From IMG/VR virus record IMGVR_UViG_3300017971_000214, positions 32,001-96,000 of that record: a stretch of 64,000 nucleotides of DNA. One strand, written 5' to 3'. Shown one piece after another: positions 40,880 to 50,884 of this stretch. Positions within the stretch are counted from its first letter, which is position 1. Every line of letters begins with the position of its first letter. The notes below the pieces were generated by a model. It was not told where the DNA came from. It saw only the letters and a program-made list of their open reading frames with translations, and made no database searches. This DNA comes from a virus. The translations under genes were made by a program, and so were the position numbers.

Positions 40880-43456
40880 GTGGGCGTTGATCTCGACAAA
40901 GGACTGGTTGCATCCATACTCCGCGATGGCCCCGACGCTTTGAAGGTCGTGAGGGAGTTCGGGATTGACGGCAGCCTTTTGGTAGATCCGGGGCGCAAGT
41001 TGTTCGACTTCGTCGAGCACTACTTTCGGCAGTATGGCCAGCTCCCCACGCCCGAGCTGCTGGTATCGAAGTTCGAGAAGGGCTCTCTTCCCGACGTGAA
41101 GGATCCAATTGAGTACTTCATCTTGGAGATCCGCGGCAGGAAACTGCAGAACGATCTGAAGGGCCGCGTCTACCCGTTCATGAAGATGCTCGAAGACGGG
41201 CAGAAACCCTTCGAGGCTCTAGACGAACTGGACATTCTGATCCGTGGTCTGCGTCAGGCTCACGAGATCACACGGGCTCAAGCCGAGAGCGTGCCGAAGC
41301 TGTGGCCTGAGGTGATGGATCTCTACGACCGGGTGAAGGGCGGGGAGAAGGGCATTCTCACCCCGTGGCCTACGGTGAACAACGAGACGCTAGGCTTCTG
41401 GCCTGAAGACCTCGCGCTGTTCGCGGCCCGGCTCGGCATAGGCAAGTGCGTAGCCGAGGATACGGAGATCGTAGACCCAGAGACAGGTGTTCCGCATACC
41501 ATCCACGAGGTGTGTGAGAGAGAAGATCTCAGGAAGGTGTTCACTTGGAGCAAGGAGCGGGGGGTTCACGCTGCGCGGATAACGGCCAAGGTAGACACGG
41601 GAGTAAAACCCTGTCTGCGGTTCCGCTTTGCGTCTGGTCGCGAGGTCACTGTGACGCCGGAGCACCCTTTTCTGACCTCAGCTGGTTGGGAACCAGCGGC
41701 GGACTTGGTTGTGGGGGCTTCTGTGGGCCTTCCGGCTCGGGTGCCGTTCCCCGAGAGCCCCGAGCAGCTGCTTCCAGAGGCGGTTGATCTCCTCGCACTC
41801 CTGTTGGCGGAAGGGAGCTATAGCGGGAAGCACGTTGGGGTCTCTAGCGATGATGACGTATTGTTGTCGATCGCTAGTCGAGCGTCTGACGCTTTCGGAG
41901 TAGATCTGAAGTACCGCTCGGGAGTCGACTACGATTTCGTCCGGCGGGAGAAGTCAGGCCCCAACCATGTGAGGACGTTTCTACGCTCTCACGATATGGA
42001 CGGGAAGAAGGCCGTAGACAAGATTATCCCAGAAGCCGTGTTTGGTCTCCCTTCCGATCAGCTAGCTCGGTTCCTCGGGCTGTTCTGGATGTGTGACGGG
42101 TACGTAGATGGCACCGGTCCTGGCGTGACGCTTGCCTCCGAGAAGATGGTTCAGCAGCTCCAACATCTTCTCCTCCGTTTTGGGATTCATAGTAGTGTTG
42201 ATCCAAAGAAGGCTACGTGTGAGGGGCGTGTATTCAACGCGTGGCGTCTCAGGGTGTACGCTTCCTCTTGGCCTGTGTTCTTGGCCGCTATTCCGCTGTG
42301 GGGTAGCAAGCGAGAGCGGTTGGAGGAGTTGGAGAGCCTGGACCGAAATCCTAACATCGGCTTCCCCAGGGTTTCAGGGGAGTTCAAGGCGCATCTTTTG
42401 GGATTGGTACGGAAGAGAGAAAACCATGGGAAGCTGAAACAGGTTGGCGAGCGCCTTGGCTGGTCCAGCTATTTCATGTTCCGCAGCCTGTTCGGGAAGG
42501 GCGACACTTTGTTGCTTCGGCGCTTCGCGGTGTTCTGCGAAGTATTTGGGCTGGAAAGGGAGTTCGGTTGGTTGTGGGACAGTGAGATTTTCTGGGACTC
42601 TGTGGAGTCTATCGAGGACGTCGGCCCTACCAAGATCTATGACCTCACTGTCGAGCCTTCTGCGTGTTTCTTGGCCAATGACGTGATCGTTCACAACACG
42701 TGGGCGGCGGCCATCATCGCTCATCACGCGTGGGCCGTGGGCGGCCACAAGGTGCTGTTCGGAACGACGGAGATCTCCAAGATTCGCATCGCCATGCGCT
42801 TCGCGGCGATCCACTTCAAACTCCCCTACCGTGAGATTCGCCTCGGGAAGCTCGACGCCTTCAACGAGAAGAAGATGCGCGATGGCATCAAAGACATCAT
42901 GGATGCCGAGGGGCTGTACGTCATCGGCGGGGACTTCGACTTCCGCGTGGAGTCCTACGAGAACGCCGTCGAAGAGGTGGCGCCCGAGCTGTCGATCTTG
43001 GACGGAGCCTATTTGCTCAAGACGCAGGGGCAAACCAGGACCGAGCGCGCTGCCAACGCCTTCGACGAGCTGAAGCGAATTTGCAAGCGCACGAAGTGCC
43101 CGAGCATCGTCACCATGCAGTTCAACCGCGAGGTGAAGGCAGGCTCCAAGGCCACGGCAGACGCCGGCAACATCGCGCTGACCGACGTCGCTGGCTGGAA
43201 CGCCGATCTCGCCTACGGACTGATCCAGTCCGAGGACATGAAGAAGGACCGCCGTATGATCTTCAAGCCCTTGAAGGTCCGTGAAGGCGAGGGCGAGGAG
43301 TTCGAGGTCAATTGGGACATCGACAAGGTGAACTTCACCGAGCTGCCGAAGCTGGGTGGCGGCGGGGGTGGAGCCGATGATGATGACGATCCGTTCGGTG
43401 CTGGAGTGAACGGCACGGGCGCCAGCTCGGGCGGTTCGGACGAGGTGCCTTTCTAG
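40880..43456 (+). CDS. dnaB: DnaB-like replicative helicase containing an intein
   Basis: AARLGIGK|T Walker A, ILDGAYL, MQFNRE, LKVREG. Confidence 0.88.
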   Translation: MGVDLDKGLVASILRDGPDALKVVREFGIDGSLLVDPGRKLFDFVEHYFRQYGQLPTPELLVSKFEKGSLPDVKDPIEYFILEIRGRKLQNDLKGRVYPFMKMLEDGQKPFEALDELDILIRGLRQAHEITRAQAESVPKLWPEVMDLYDRVKGGEKGILTPWPTVNNETLGFWPEDLALFAARLGIGKCVAEDTEIVDPETGVPHTIHEVCEREDLRKVFTWSKERGVHAARITAKVDTGVKPCLRFRFASGREVTVTPEHPFLTSAGWEPAADLVVGASVGLPARVPFPESPEQLLPEAVDLLALLLAEGSYSGKHVGVSSDDDVLLSIASRASDAFGVDLKYRSGVDYDFVRREKSGPNHVRTFLRSHDMDGKKAVDKIIPEAVFGLPSDQLARFLGLFWMCDGYVDGTGPGVTLASEKMVQQLQHLLLRFGIHSSVDPKKATCEGRVFNAWRLRVYASSWPVFLAAIPLWGSKRERLEELESLDRNPNIGFPRVSGEFKAHLLGLVRKRENHGKLKQVGERLGWSSYFMFRSLFGKGDTLLLRRFAVFCEVFGLEREFGWLWDSEIFWDSVESIEDVGPTKIYDLTVEPSACFLANDVIVHNTWAAAIIAHHAWAVGGHKVLFGTTEISKIRIAMRFAAIHFKLPYREIRLGKLDAFNEKKMRDGIKDIMDAEGLYVIGGDFDFRVESYENAVEEVAPELSILDGAYLLKTQGQTRTERAANAFDELKRICKRTKCPSIVTMQFNREVKAGSKATADAGNIALTDVAGWNADLAYGLIQSEDMKKDRRMIFKPLKVREGEGEEFEVNWDIDKVNFTELPKLGGGGGGADDDDDPFGAGVNGTGASSGGSDEVPF
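41447..42697 (+). mobile_element. intein (417 aa) with LAGLIDADG endonuclease, in the DnaB Walker A
   Basis: CVAEDT start, VTPEHPF, LLLAEG, FLGLFWMCDG, IYDLTVE..IVHN end, +1 Thr. Confidence 0.92.
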
Positions 43457-43462
43457 GGTGAG

Positions 43463-43783
43463 ATGATGGCGCAGGTAGGACAGATTCCCCGGTACGTGAA
43501 ACACGTCACGATGGCCATTCTCAAGAAGAGAGGAATCCATTCGTTCGAGGCTGCTCTCGACATTGCTAGGGCTCAGCTCACCAAGTTCGGCTACCTCGCG
43601 GCGGGCTCGGACAAGGGACCCCCTGCGAGAATCAAGCTGACGGCGGAGGGCAGGAAGAAGAACAGGGAGTTCGCTCGCCGCCCGATGCGCATGCTTTTGG
43701 AGTTCGATCGGGCGTATCAGAAGTCCAAGTGGGGCGGGAAGGACTTGAGCGAGCGGGAGGCGGGTTCAAAATCAGAGGACTAG
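43463..43783 (+). CDS. basic hypothetical protein
   Basis: ORF between helicase and primase. Confidence 0.6.
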   Translation: MMAQVGQIPRYVKHVTMAILKKRGIHSFEAALDIARAQLTKFGYLAAGSDKGPPARIKLTAEGRKKNREFARRPMRMLLEFDRAYQKSKWGGKDLSEREAGSKSED

Positions 43784-43788
43784 ACCGG

Positions 43789-44898
43789 ATGGACTTGGAG
43801 CAGATAGAGAAGTTGTTCAAGGTCTTGGGGTGCCTAGAGACGCGGTACAGCGGCACGTGGCTGAACGCCTCGTGCCCCTTCGCTGCGTGGAAGCACAAGA
43901 AGGGCCGCGACTCCCGTCCGAGCTTCGGCATCTCGATAGCGCCCGGCTGCGTGAGTCGGTATCGGTGCTTCGCGTGTTCGACTTCGGGGGACCTTCCCAC
44001 GTTTTTGTGGGCGTTGCAGAAGCTGAAGGGCGACGGCCCCTGGTTCGAGAGGGCTTCCAAGATCCTCATGGACCACGAGCATCCATCGCTTCGGGAGATC
44101 GAAGCTCGTATTGCTTTCGCCGAGGACCCGGAGAAGACGATTGCCGACCGACTGGCTCGGGCGCCTTCGGGTTGGGCGTACTCGGAGGCGAAGAAGCCTA
44201 GCTTCGCGTTCGATCAGAAGAGCGACGGGCGGAAGGCGCTGAAGCTAGACCACCTCGAATACGTGAAGATTCCAGAGGAGCATCTGGATCCTTTCCACTC
44301 CATTCCTCCCGAGGTGCTGGACTACCTGACAGGCCCAAGGCGTAAATTGCAGCACACCGCTATCGCGTTGTGGGATCTGGGGTGGCACCCACACAAGCGC
44401 CGAGTGGTGATCCCTATTCGAGACTGGGATGGGAACCTCGTAGCTCTCACCGGGCGCTGTCTCGACCAGTACGACGCCAAGGACGACAAGTGGTGGCACG
44501 AGCAGGAGCCCAAGTTCCTTCACAGCAAAGGTTTCAAGCGGGACTACTTTCTGTTCGGCGAGCACTTGGTGGAGCAGGGAGAACCCGGCATTCTCGTGGA
44601 GGGTCACTTCGACGCCATGTACCTCCGGCAGATGGGTTACCCCAACACGGTGGCGGTGATGGGCTCCTATTTGAGCAAGGTACAGGTCGAGAAGATCGTG
44701 TCGATGTTCAGCGAGGTCACCATCTTCCCGGACGGTGACGAGGCTGGCGGAATCGCTGCCGAGAAGTGGGAGCACGCGCTGAAAGGCCGGGTCGATGTCA
44801 AGGTGCTCACGGTACACACGGGCCGCGATCCTGACGATTACGACGACGAGGAGTTGTTGGAGCTGATGGGCTTTGACTATCAGGACGCACCCTGCTAG
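43789..44898 (+). CDS. dnaG: DnaG-type primase (zinc finger + TOPRIM)
   Basis: CPF..H..D.RPSF..CFAC; LVEGHFDA; FPDGDEAG; DPD. Confidence 0.88.
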   Translation: MDLEQIEKLFKVLGCLETRYSGTWLNASCPFAAWKHKKGRDSRPSFGISIAPGCVSRYRCFACSTSGDLPTFLWALQKLKGDGPWFERASKILMDHEHPSLREIEARIAFAEDPEKTIADRLARAPSGWAYSEAKKPSFAFDQKSDGRKALKLDHLEYVKIPEEHLDPFHSIPPEVLDYLTGPRRKLQHTAIALWDLGWHPHKRRVVIPIRDWDGNLVALTGRCLDQYDAKDDKWWHEQEPKFLHSKGFKRDYFLFGEHLVEQGEPGILVEGHFDAMYLRQMGYPNTVAVMGSYLSKVQVEKIVSMFSEVTIFPDGDEAGGIAAEKWEHALKGRVDVKVLTVHTGRDPDDYDDEELLELMGFDYQDAPC

Positions 44899-44979
44899 AG
44901 TTTTCCCCCTGCGACTCCGTAAAGGGTCGTTCGTTTTTCAACATCAGCGCGTAGCGTGAAAGCACGCCAGGAGATAGAA

Positions 44980-45783
44980 ATGAGCGAAGAACAGTCTTGG
45001 TACAACACTGGGTACGACGGCGTCTCGAAGGAAGAGGCGCGCATCCAGGCATCGCGCGGCCCGAGCCGCGTGTGGATCAAAGGGGGGACGGGGAAAGACC
45101 TCGTCCTTGTCGACGGGGAACCGTTCTGCATCTACGAGCACAATGCGAAGATCGACGGCAACTGGCGCAACCATCACACTTGTATGCGGGGGTTCGAGGA
45201 TCCCTGCCTGTCGTGTGAGACGCTGGGGGCCAAGAGCCGGTACTACTGCGGCTACCTTACTGCGGTGGACTGCTCGCTCTGGGAGGACAAGAAGGGCAAC
45301 AAGTACCAGTTCGAGGTGAAGCTCATCGGCGGCAAGCTGGGGCAGCTCAAGAAGTGGAAGCGCAAGCAGGAGTCGCGGGAAGAGGACGGCAAGGGCGGCC
45401 TGGCGATGACCAAGTGGAAGGTCTTCCGGGAGGACGACACGAAGGCGTCTACGGGCGATGAGTGGGAAGCTGACGGCGAGGTAACGAAGCCGGAAAAGCT
45501 GTTCGAGGTCGCCAACTACCGCGGGAAGCTGCTGTCCGAGATGTGGGACGAGGCGGAAAAAGAGGAGCCCAAGATGGTGGCTCTCAAGAAGATTTTCCAG
45601 CTGGAGTTCGACGACGACGGCAATCTCGTGCGCAAGGTTGTCCCGTTCAACTACATGGAAGTCCTGAAGCCGAGGGGCAACCAGTTCGTGAAGGACATGC
45701 TTCGCGGAGCTTCGACGGACGACGACACCAACAGCGATAAGTCTGGTGGCGCTGGAGGGTCGGAGGACGACGTTCCGTTCTAG
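44980..45783 (+). CDS. phage ssDNA-binding protein (gp32-like, zinc-binding)
   Basis: H..C...DPCLSC; acidic tail ending EDDVPF; located in the replication module. Confidence 0.65.
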   Translation: MSEEQSWYNTGYDGVSKEEARIQASRGPSRVWIKGGTGKDLVLVDGEPFCIYEHNAKIDGNWRNHHTCMRGFEDPCLSCETLGAKSRYYCGYLTAVDCSLWEDKKGNKYQFEVKLIGGKLGQLKKWKRKQESREEDGKGGLAMTKWKVFREDDTKASTGDEWEADGEVTKPEKLFEVANYRGKLLSEMWDEAEKEEPKMVALKKIFQLEFDDDGNLVRKVVPFNYMEVLKPRGNQFVKDMLRGASTDDDTNSDKSGGAGGSEDDVPF

Positions 45784-45801
45784 GGGCGTAGCTGAGGCTA
45801 T

Positions 45802-45848
45802 GCCCCGCCGGCTGCCTATTCCCCCCTTGGTGGTCGGCGGGGCTTTTT
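45802..45848 (+). terminator. rho-independent terminator
   Basis: GCCCCGCCGGCTGCC..GGTGGTCGGCGGGGC followed by TTTTT. Confidence 0.8.
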
Positions 45849-45863
45849 CATTGGGAGACGGGC

Positions 45864-46073
45864 ATGAGTGAGCGGAGTCGGGTGGTGTTCGCTGTACTGC
45901 ACTTGGGGCGAAGCGGCATGGAGGTGGTGAGCGAACGTGGAGGCAGGAAGCGCAAGGTGAACATCACCTGGCACCGGAAGGATGTCTCTGACGCTCCTCC
46001 CGAAGACTGGGCGAATCAGGTCAGCAAAGAGCAGGATTTCCAGGACTCTGATCGTATGCCGGACATGGGGTAA
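45864..46073 (+). CDS. hypothetical protein
   Basis: SD GGGAG before ATG. Confidence 0.5.
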   Translation: MSERSRVVFAVLHLGRSGMEVVSERGGRKRKVNITWHRKDVSDAPPEDWANQVSKEQDFQDSDRMPDMG

Positions 46074-46077
46074 TCTG

Positions 46078-47424
46078 TTGCGGGTCGTAATCGACAAGCT
46101 CGCCTGGATCTCGAAGGCCGACCTCGAACCTGCCAAGGAGCAGGTGCTTCGTCGACAGCTCACCGTGACTCCCCGCAAGGTCGGGGACTATCCAGGGGAC
46201 CCCCCGAGCCCCATCAAGCTGTGGGTTGAGACAGAGACTCACATGGGGATCCCTCGCGAGTACTACCGCGAGAACAAGAAGGACGATCACGAGGTCGTTT
46301 ACGAGTACACGATGGGAGCGAAGCTCCCGAGCGTTCTCGCGTTCGAGGGCGAGCTGCGTGAGGAGCAGAACGAGGCGCTGCACTGCCTGTTGGACACGTT
46401 TCCCGATGAGGCATGCACCGGAGGTCTCGTGAGGGCCGCGCCCGGATGGGGCAAGACGGTCTGGTGCTGTGCGGCCATCGCGACTCTGAACGTCCCGACG
46501 CTGGTCGTGGTGCACAAGGAGTTCCTGATGAACCAGTGGCGCGAGCGCATTCAGCAGTTTTTGCCGGATGCGGAGATCGGCCACGTGCAGCAGGACACCT
46601 GCGACTTCAAGGGCCGCCACGTCGTCTTGGCCATGGTTCACTCGCTGGCGCAGAAGTCCTATCCTGATGATCTTTACTCCTACTTCGGTCTGGTGGTTAC
46701 CGACGAGGTGCATCGCATCGGGGCCGAAACGTGGTCCGCGGTCCCCGCCAAGTTCGCAGCTCGGTGGCGCTTGGGTGTCACGGCGACGCCACGGCGGAAG
46801 GACCGCGCGGACAACGTGTTCAAGTACCACATCGGTTCGATCTTCTTCACGGCGCACGAGCAGCGCCTGAAGGTGAAGATCAAGCGGGTGTGGACTGACT
46901 TCAAGCTCGTCAAAACCTCGCGGTTCAACCCGTCGTTGGCCCCCCGCTCGCTCATCCTGAAGTTCCTGGTGGCGAGCAAGCAGCGCAACCGGCGCATCGC
47001 CGGGCAGATCATCAGCGCGGCGGAAGCAGGCCGGAAGATCTTGGTGCTCAGTGAGCGCCTGAACCACCTGGACCTGCTGGACGGATGTTTCCGGGAAGGG
47101 TGGCGAGAGAAGCACCCGAAGGACGACGTGCCCTCGGTGGGCTACTACGTGGGCGGTATGGAGGAAGATGAGCGCAAGGAGTCCGCTCAGGCGCAGGTCA
47201 TCTTCGCCACGAAACAGTACGCTTCTGAAGGTCTCGATATTCCGGCTCTGGATACGCTCGTCATCGCTACTCCTATGGGGGATGTGGAGCAGGCTGTTGG
47301 TCGGATCCAACGCCCCCACCCGGACAAGAAGGAGCCCATCGTAGTGGACATTCGGGACGACTACGTCCGGCCCTTCAAGTTCTCCGGACAGACTCGGGAC
47401 AAGTTCTACCTCCGGGTGACTTGA
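46078..47424 (+). CDS. superfamily 2 DExH helicase (UvsW/XPB-like); start uncertain
   Basis: LREEQ, APGWGKT, TDEVH, GVTATP, EGLDIP, QAVGRIQR. Confidence 0.9.
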   Translation: MRVVIDKLAWISKADLEPAKEQVLRRQLTVTPRKVGDYPGDPPSPIKLWVETETHMGIPREYYRENKKDDHEVVYEYTMGAKLPSVLAFEGELREEQNEALHCLLDTFPDEACTGGLVRAAPGWGKTVWCCAAIATLNVPTLVVVHKEFLMNQWRERIQQFLPDAEIGHVQQDTCDFKGRHVVLAMVHSLAQKSYPDDLYSYFGLVVTDEVHRIGAETWSAVPAKFAARWRLGVTATPRRKDRADNVFKYHIGSIFFTAHEQRLKVKIKRVWTDFKLVKTSRFNPSLAPRSLILKFLVASKQRNRRIAGQIISAAEAGRKILVLSERLNHLDLLDGCFREGWREKHPKDDVPSVGYYVGGMEEDERKESAQAQVIFATKQYASEGLDIPALDTLVIATPMGDVEQAVGRIQRPHPDKKEPIVVDIRDDYVRPFKFSGQTRDKFYLRVT

Positions 47425-47449
47425 CAATTCAGAAACCACCTGCTAAGTT
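47421..47449 (+). promoter_or_regulatory. sigma70 promoter, near-leaderless
   Basis: TTGACA-17bp-TAAGTT, 9 nt to ATG 47459. Confidence 0.65.
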
Positions 47450-47458
47450 ATTGATAAT

Positions 47459-48280
47459 ATGGGAAACGGCGACTCAGGCTTTAGTTTCAGGGACTGGTAC
47501 GCCGAGAACGGCAAGCGCCTGAACAAGAAACGACGCAGGCGCTACCAGGATGATCCGGAGTACCGCGAGCGCGTGCTGGAGATGAACCGAGTCTCCCGCG
47601 AGCGTCGGCGCAAAGAGCAGGAGACAAAGCGGCGCAAGGAGCGGAGCGCGTCCAAGGTCAAGACGCGGCCGTTACCCTTCAAGACAGTGCGGGCCGTGGT
47701 GGAGACCGCGGATGGCAAAGAGGGGGAGGAACAGCTGTTCACCATCGGAGCGCTGGCTCGGACGGTGGGGTGTTCGGTGCAGGCCATTCGCCTGTGGGAG
47801 AAGCAGGGTGTGCTACCTCCCACAGAGATTCGGAACGAGAAGGGCGATCGGCTGTACACTGCTCAGCAAGTGGAGATGATCTACGAGCTGATGAAGCAGC
47901 AGGGGAGGCTCAACGAGAAGCAGGCTAACAAGCCTCGCAAGCGAGACGAGCCCCGGCCCTTCTTCCGCGACGTCGACTTCGGGGGTGGGCAGGTGGAGGA
48001 GATACCTCTATTCCGCATTGGCGTGCTTGCGCAGGCCATTGGGCGCACGGTGCTGACGGTCGAGCAGATGGAGAGCCGGGGTGCGCTTCCCGAGACCCCG
48101 TTCCGAGCTGCGAGCACCCGGTATCGTCTCTATACCGGCGAGATGATCGAGGCCGTAGCGAAGGCTATGGATGCTCGGGGCGGGACAATTAGGGGGAAGG
48201 CCCGCTGGCAGGCTTTCCACGATGAGATTTTGGACGCGTGGAATCGCCTGGGGGTGATGGAAGCATCGCTCGCAGGGTAG
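47459..48280 (+). CDS. tandem MerR-type HTH protein
   Basis: FTIGALARTVGCSVQAIRLWEKQG..RLYT and FRIGVLAQAIGRTVLTVEQMESRG..RLYT. Confidence 0.8.
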   Translation: MGNGDSGFSFRDWYAENGKRLNKKRRRRYQDDPEYRERVLEMNRVSRERRRKEQETKRRKERSASKVKTRPLPFKTVRAVVETADGKEGEEQLFTIGALARTVGCSVQAIRLWEKQGVLPPTEIRNEKGDRLYTAQQVEMIYELMKQQGRLNEKQANKPRKRDEPRPFFRDVDFGGGQVEEIPLFRIGVLAQAIGRTVLTVEQMESRGALPETPFRAASTRYRLYTGEMIEAVAKAMDARGGTIRGKARWQAFHDEILDAWNRLGVMEASLAG

Positions 48281-48290
48281 AGGGGACGAC

Positions 48291-48641
48291 ATGTCGAAGA
48301 AGAACGCGGTGCAGCCCACCGTCGTAACGGTGAGGCGTCAGTTTCTGGAGGGTGGGGAGCCCGCGAGCCTTCCTGAAGAGAAGACCGAAGTGATCGAAGT
48401 CCACCGCTTCGTCGTCGAACCCGCGAAGGTCCAGGTCGGTCGGGGCCTTACCTTGAACATGGGCAACTACGAGTCTGCTCGCTTGGATGTGGGCATCGAG
48501 GTCCCCTGCTACGTCGAAGAAGTCGACTCTGCTTACGAGTGGGCGCGCCGCTGGGTCGAGAAGCGTATCGGTGAGGAGCACAAGTCGATCAAGGGGCACG
48601 TTGACAAGAAGAAGTCTGGGTCGGAGGAGAACCCGTTCTGA
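48291..48641 (+). CDS. conserved phage hypothetical protein
   Basis: TLNMGNYESARLDV motif; ends EENPF. Confidence 0.7.
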   Translation: MSKKNAVQPTVVTVRRQFLEGGEPASLPEEKTEVIEVHRFVVEPAKVQVGRGLTLNMGNYESARLDVGIEVPCYVEEVDSAYEWARRWVEKRIGEEHKSIKGHVDKKKSGSEENPF

Positions 48642-50881
48642 TGGCCAAGAAGAAGGACAACAAGCCCGGCGTGGAACTCGCGTCCTCGTTGGACAAGCTG
48701 CTTGCCAGCAAGGCCATGGCATCCATCCACAAGGATCACGGGGACGCCATCTTCATGAAGGCGTCCGAGCATGACTCGGCTATCCCTCGGATCCCAACGG
48801 GGGTTTTCAGGATGGACTACGCCACCGGAGGCGGCCTCCCCGTGGGGCGCGTCACGGTGATTTGGGGGCACAAGTCGAGTGCCAAGACGACCACCTATCT
48901 GAAGACCATCGCCAACGCGCAGAAGATGTGCGCGAGCTGCTGGCAATTTCAGGAAACGTGCAACTGCGGGAACTACAGGGATCCCGTCATCGCGTTCCTC
49001 GATGTGGAGGGAACACTCGACCTTCGGTGGGCCAAGGTGCTCGGTGTAGATCTGGACCGGATGCTCTACTCCAAACCGGAGTACGCCGAGCAGACGCTCG
49101 ACATTGCGGAGGCCATCATACGCAACGGTGCCGACATCATGGTCATCGACTCGCTCGCGTTCCTAGCGCCTGCAGCAGAGATCATGAAGTCGACGAGCGA
49201 GGACACAGTGGGACTGCAAGCGCGCCAGCTCGGCAAGGGCACGCGCAAGTTCGTTGCGGCCGTCAACACTGTGTCCAACGCTCGTGGTATCGGCCCCACG
49301 TTGTTCTTCACCAATCAGGTTCGCATGAAGGTTGGTGTCATGTTCGGCTGCTTCCCCTACCAGGCTCCCGTCCTACTGGCAGACGGAACCAAACGAAGTA
49401 TCGGTCAGATCGTCAATCAGAAGCAGCCTGTGGAGGTACTGAGTTGGAATGCACACGAAAAGAGATTTGAGCCCAAGCGGGTGGTCCGCTGGTGGAAGCA
49501 AGGGGTTGATGTAGACGAATGCTGTCTGTCGGACAACGACATCGGGGCGCTACGTCAGGAGTACCGCACTCTTGTTGTGTCGTATCCGGATGGCAGCGGT
49601 CACACCAAGATCACCGCTACTCCGAATCATGAGATATCGACGCCGCGTGGGTTCGTTTCTGCCGACACGCTCGACTTGGACGACGAGGTATATTGCCGAC
49701 ATGAGCGTGTGGTATTCAGCCACGACTTGGAGCAGTTGATCTTCGGCTCGCTGCTCGGCGACGGGTCGATCAGGAAATCGGGAAGGCATACTTCGTACTT
49801 CCGAGAGTCCCACGCTCAGAAAGAGCGCCAGTACTTGATGTGGAAGCGCGAATGCTTTGGCGACTTGGTTCGCGAGAGCCTGACCGACAGAGACGACGAG
49901 AGATCAGAGGTAGGTTTCGAGACGAGGGCTCTGTCTTCCTTTTCTCAGTACAAGCGGTTGTTCTACGGGGAGTCCGGTAGGTACAAGCGGATTCCTCGGT
50001 CGTGGCCGATGGTTCTTTCTCCGTTTGCTCTGGCCATTTGGTATCAGGACGATGGTTGGCTGGCAGACGAAGGCGGCACGAGAAAGCGCAACGTGATTTG
50101 CCTCCACGAGACTACGCCGGATGAAAAGGATCACATCAAGAAATTGATCGAGGGGCTATTCGGACTGCAGGTCGCAGTGTGCTCCGGCGGCCATCGCACT
50201 GATATCCAGTTCAACGGGGAGGTAGCGGACAAATTCGAGAAGATAGTGGCTGGTTGGGTTCATCCCAGCATGTCGCACAAGCTGCGGACAACTGCCGGTG
50301 TGGGTCAGCTGCTGCCTCGACTCGAATTTGGGTGGTGCACTGAGGTTGTTGCTCATCCGTGTCCTGTTGTTGAGATCCGAAGGTCTATGCGAGAGGGATC
50401 TTCTGGAGTCCGGTACAACTTGGAGGTGGAGGATAACGCCACCTACGTTGTTGGAGATGCCATCGTCCACAATTCGCCCGAGACGCAGCCCGGCGGTCTG
50501 TCGACCGGCTTTGCTTCTTCGCTGGAGATCAAGACCAGGGCGGGCAAGTTCGAGATGGACGAGGTGCTAGGAAAGCCTCTTACTGCGGGCTTCGCGTTTC
50601 GCGTCGAGAAGAACAAGGCCGGCGTGCCTAAGATGGAGGGCGACTTCAAGCTGCTGCTGATGAGCACGGAGCACCGGCGTGTTGGGGATGCGGTCAACGA
50701 GCCCTTCATGGTCGACATGGCGCAGAAGGTCGGGCTCGTGGAAGGCGGCGGTTCCTCGTGGAAGGCGCTCGGAGAGAAGTTCAAGTCCAAGACCGCCATC
50801 GAGGAAGCAATGATCCAGAGCCCCGACTTCTACCTGCGCATGCACAGCGCTTTGATGGCTGTGCTGCTGTCGGATGACTAG
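48641..50881 (+). CDS. recA: RecA-like recombinase containing an intein
   Basis: IPTG..D...GGLP.GR, FLDVEG, VIDSLA, NQVRMKVGVMFG|SPETQPGG. Confidence 0.9.
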   Translation: MAKKKDNKPGVELASSLDKLLASKAMASIHKDHGDAIFMKASEHDSAIPRIPTGVFRMDYATGGGLPVGRVTVIWGHKSSAKTTTYLKTIANAQKMCASCWQFQETCNCGNYRDPVIAFLDVEGTLDLRWAKVLGVDLDRMLYSKPEYAEQTLDIAEAIIRNGADIMVIDSLAFLAPAAEIMKSTSEDTVGLQARQLGKGTRKFVAAVNTVSNARGIGPTLFFTNQVRMKVGVMFGCFPYQAPVLLADGTKRSIGQIVNQKQPVEVLSWNAHEKRFEPKRVVRWWKQGVDVDECCLSDNDIGALRQEYRTLVVSYPDGSGHTKITATPNHEISTPRGFVSADTLDLDDEVYCRHERVVFSHDLEQLIFGSLLGDGSIRKSGRHTSYFRESHAQKERQYLMWKRECFGDLVRESLTDRDDERSEVGFETRALSSFSQYKRLFYGESGRYKRIPRSWPMVLSPFALAIWYQDDGWLADEGGTRKRNVICLHETTPDEKDHIKKLIEGLFGLQVAVCSGGHRTDIQFNGEVADKFEKIVAGWVHPSMSHKLRTTAGVGQLLPRLEFGWCTEVVAHPCPVVEIRRSMREGSSGVRYNLEVEDNATYVVGDAIVHNSPETQPGGLSTGFASSLEIKTRAGKFEMDEVLGKPLTAGFAFRVEKNKAGVPKMEGDFKLLLMSTEHRRVGDAVNEPFMVDMAQKVGLVEGGGSSWKALGEKFKSKTAIEEAMIQSPDFYLRMHSALMAVLLSDD
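49349..50473 (+). mobile_element. intein (375 aa) with LAGLIDADG endonuclease, at the RecA MFG/SPET site
   Basis: CFPYQAPV start, ATPNH, GSLLGDG, IWYQDDG, YNLEVE..IVHN end, +1 Ser. Confidence 0.92.
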
Positions 50882-50884
50882 CTC

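Noticed and set aside
46021-47439. Long minus-strand ORFs (472 aa here; also 1520-2722, 16527-17567, 35569-36747, 42374-43540, 56882-58129, 61421-62419)
   Set aside because: They are antisense shadows of high-GC3 genes, rich in V/L/H/R/G, with no motifs, SD or operon logic. The two nested +1 ORFs differ because they carry recognisable nuclease motifs.
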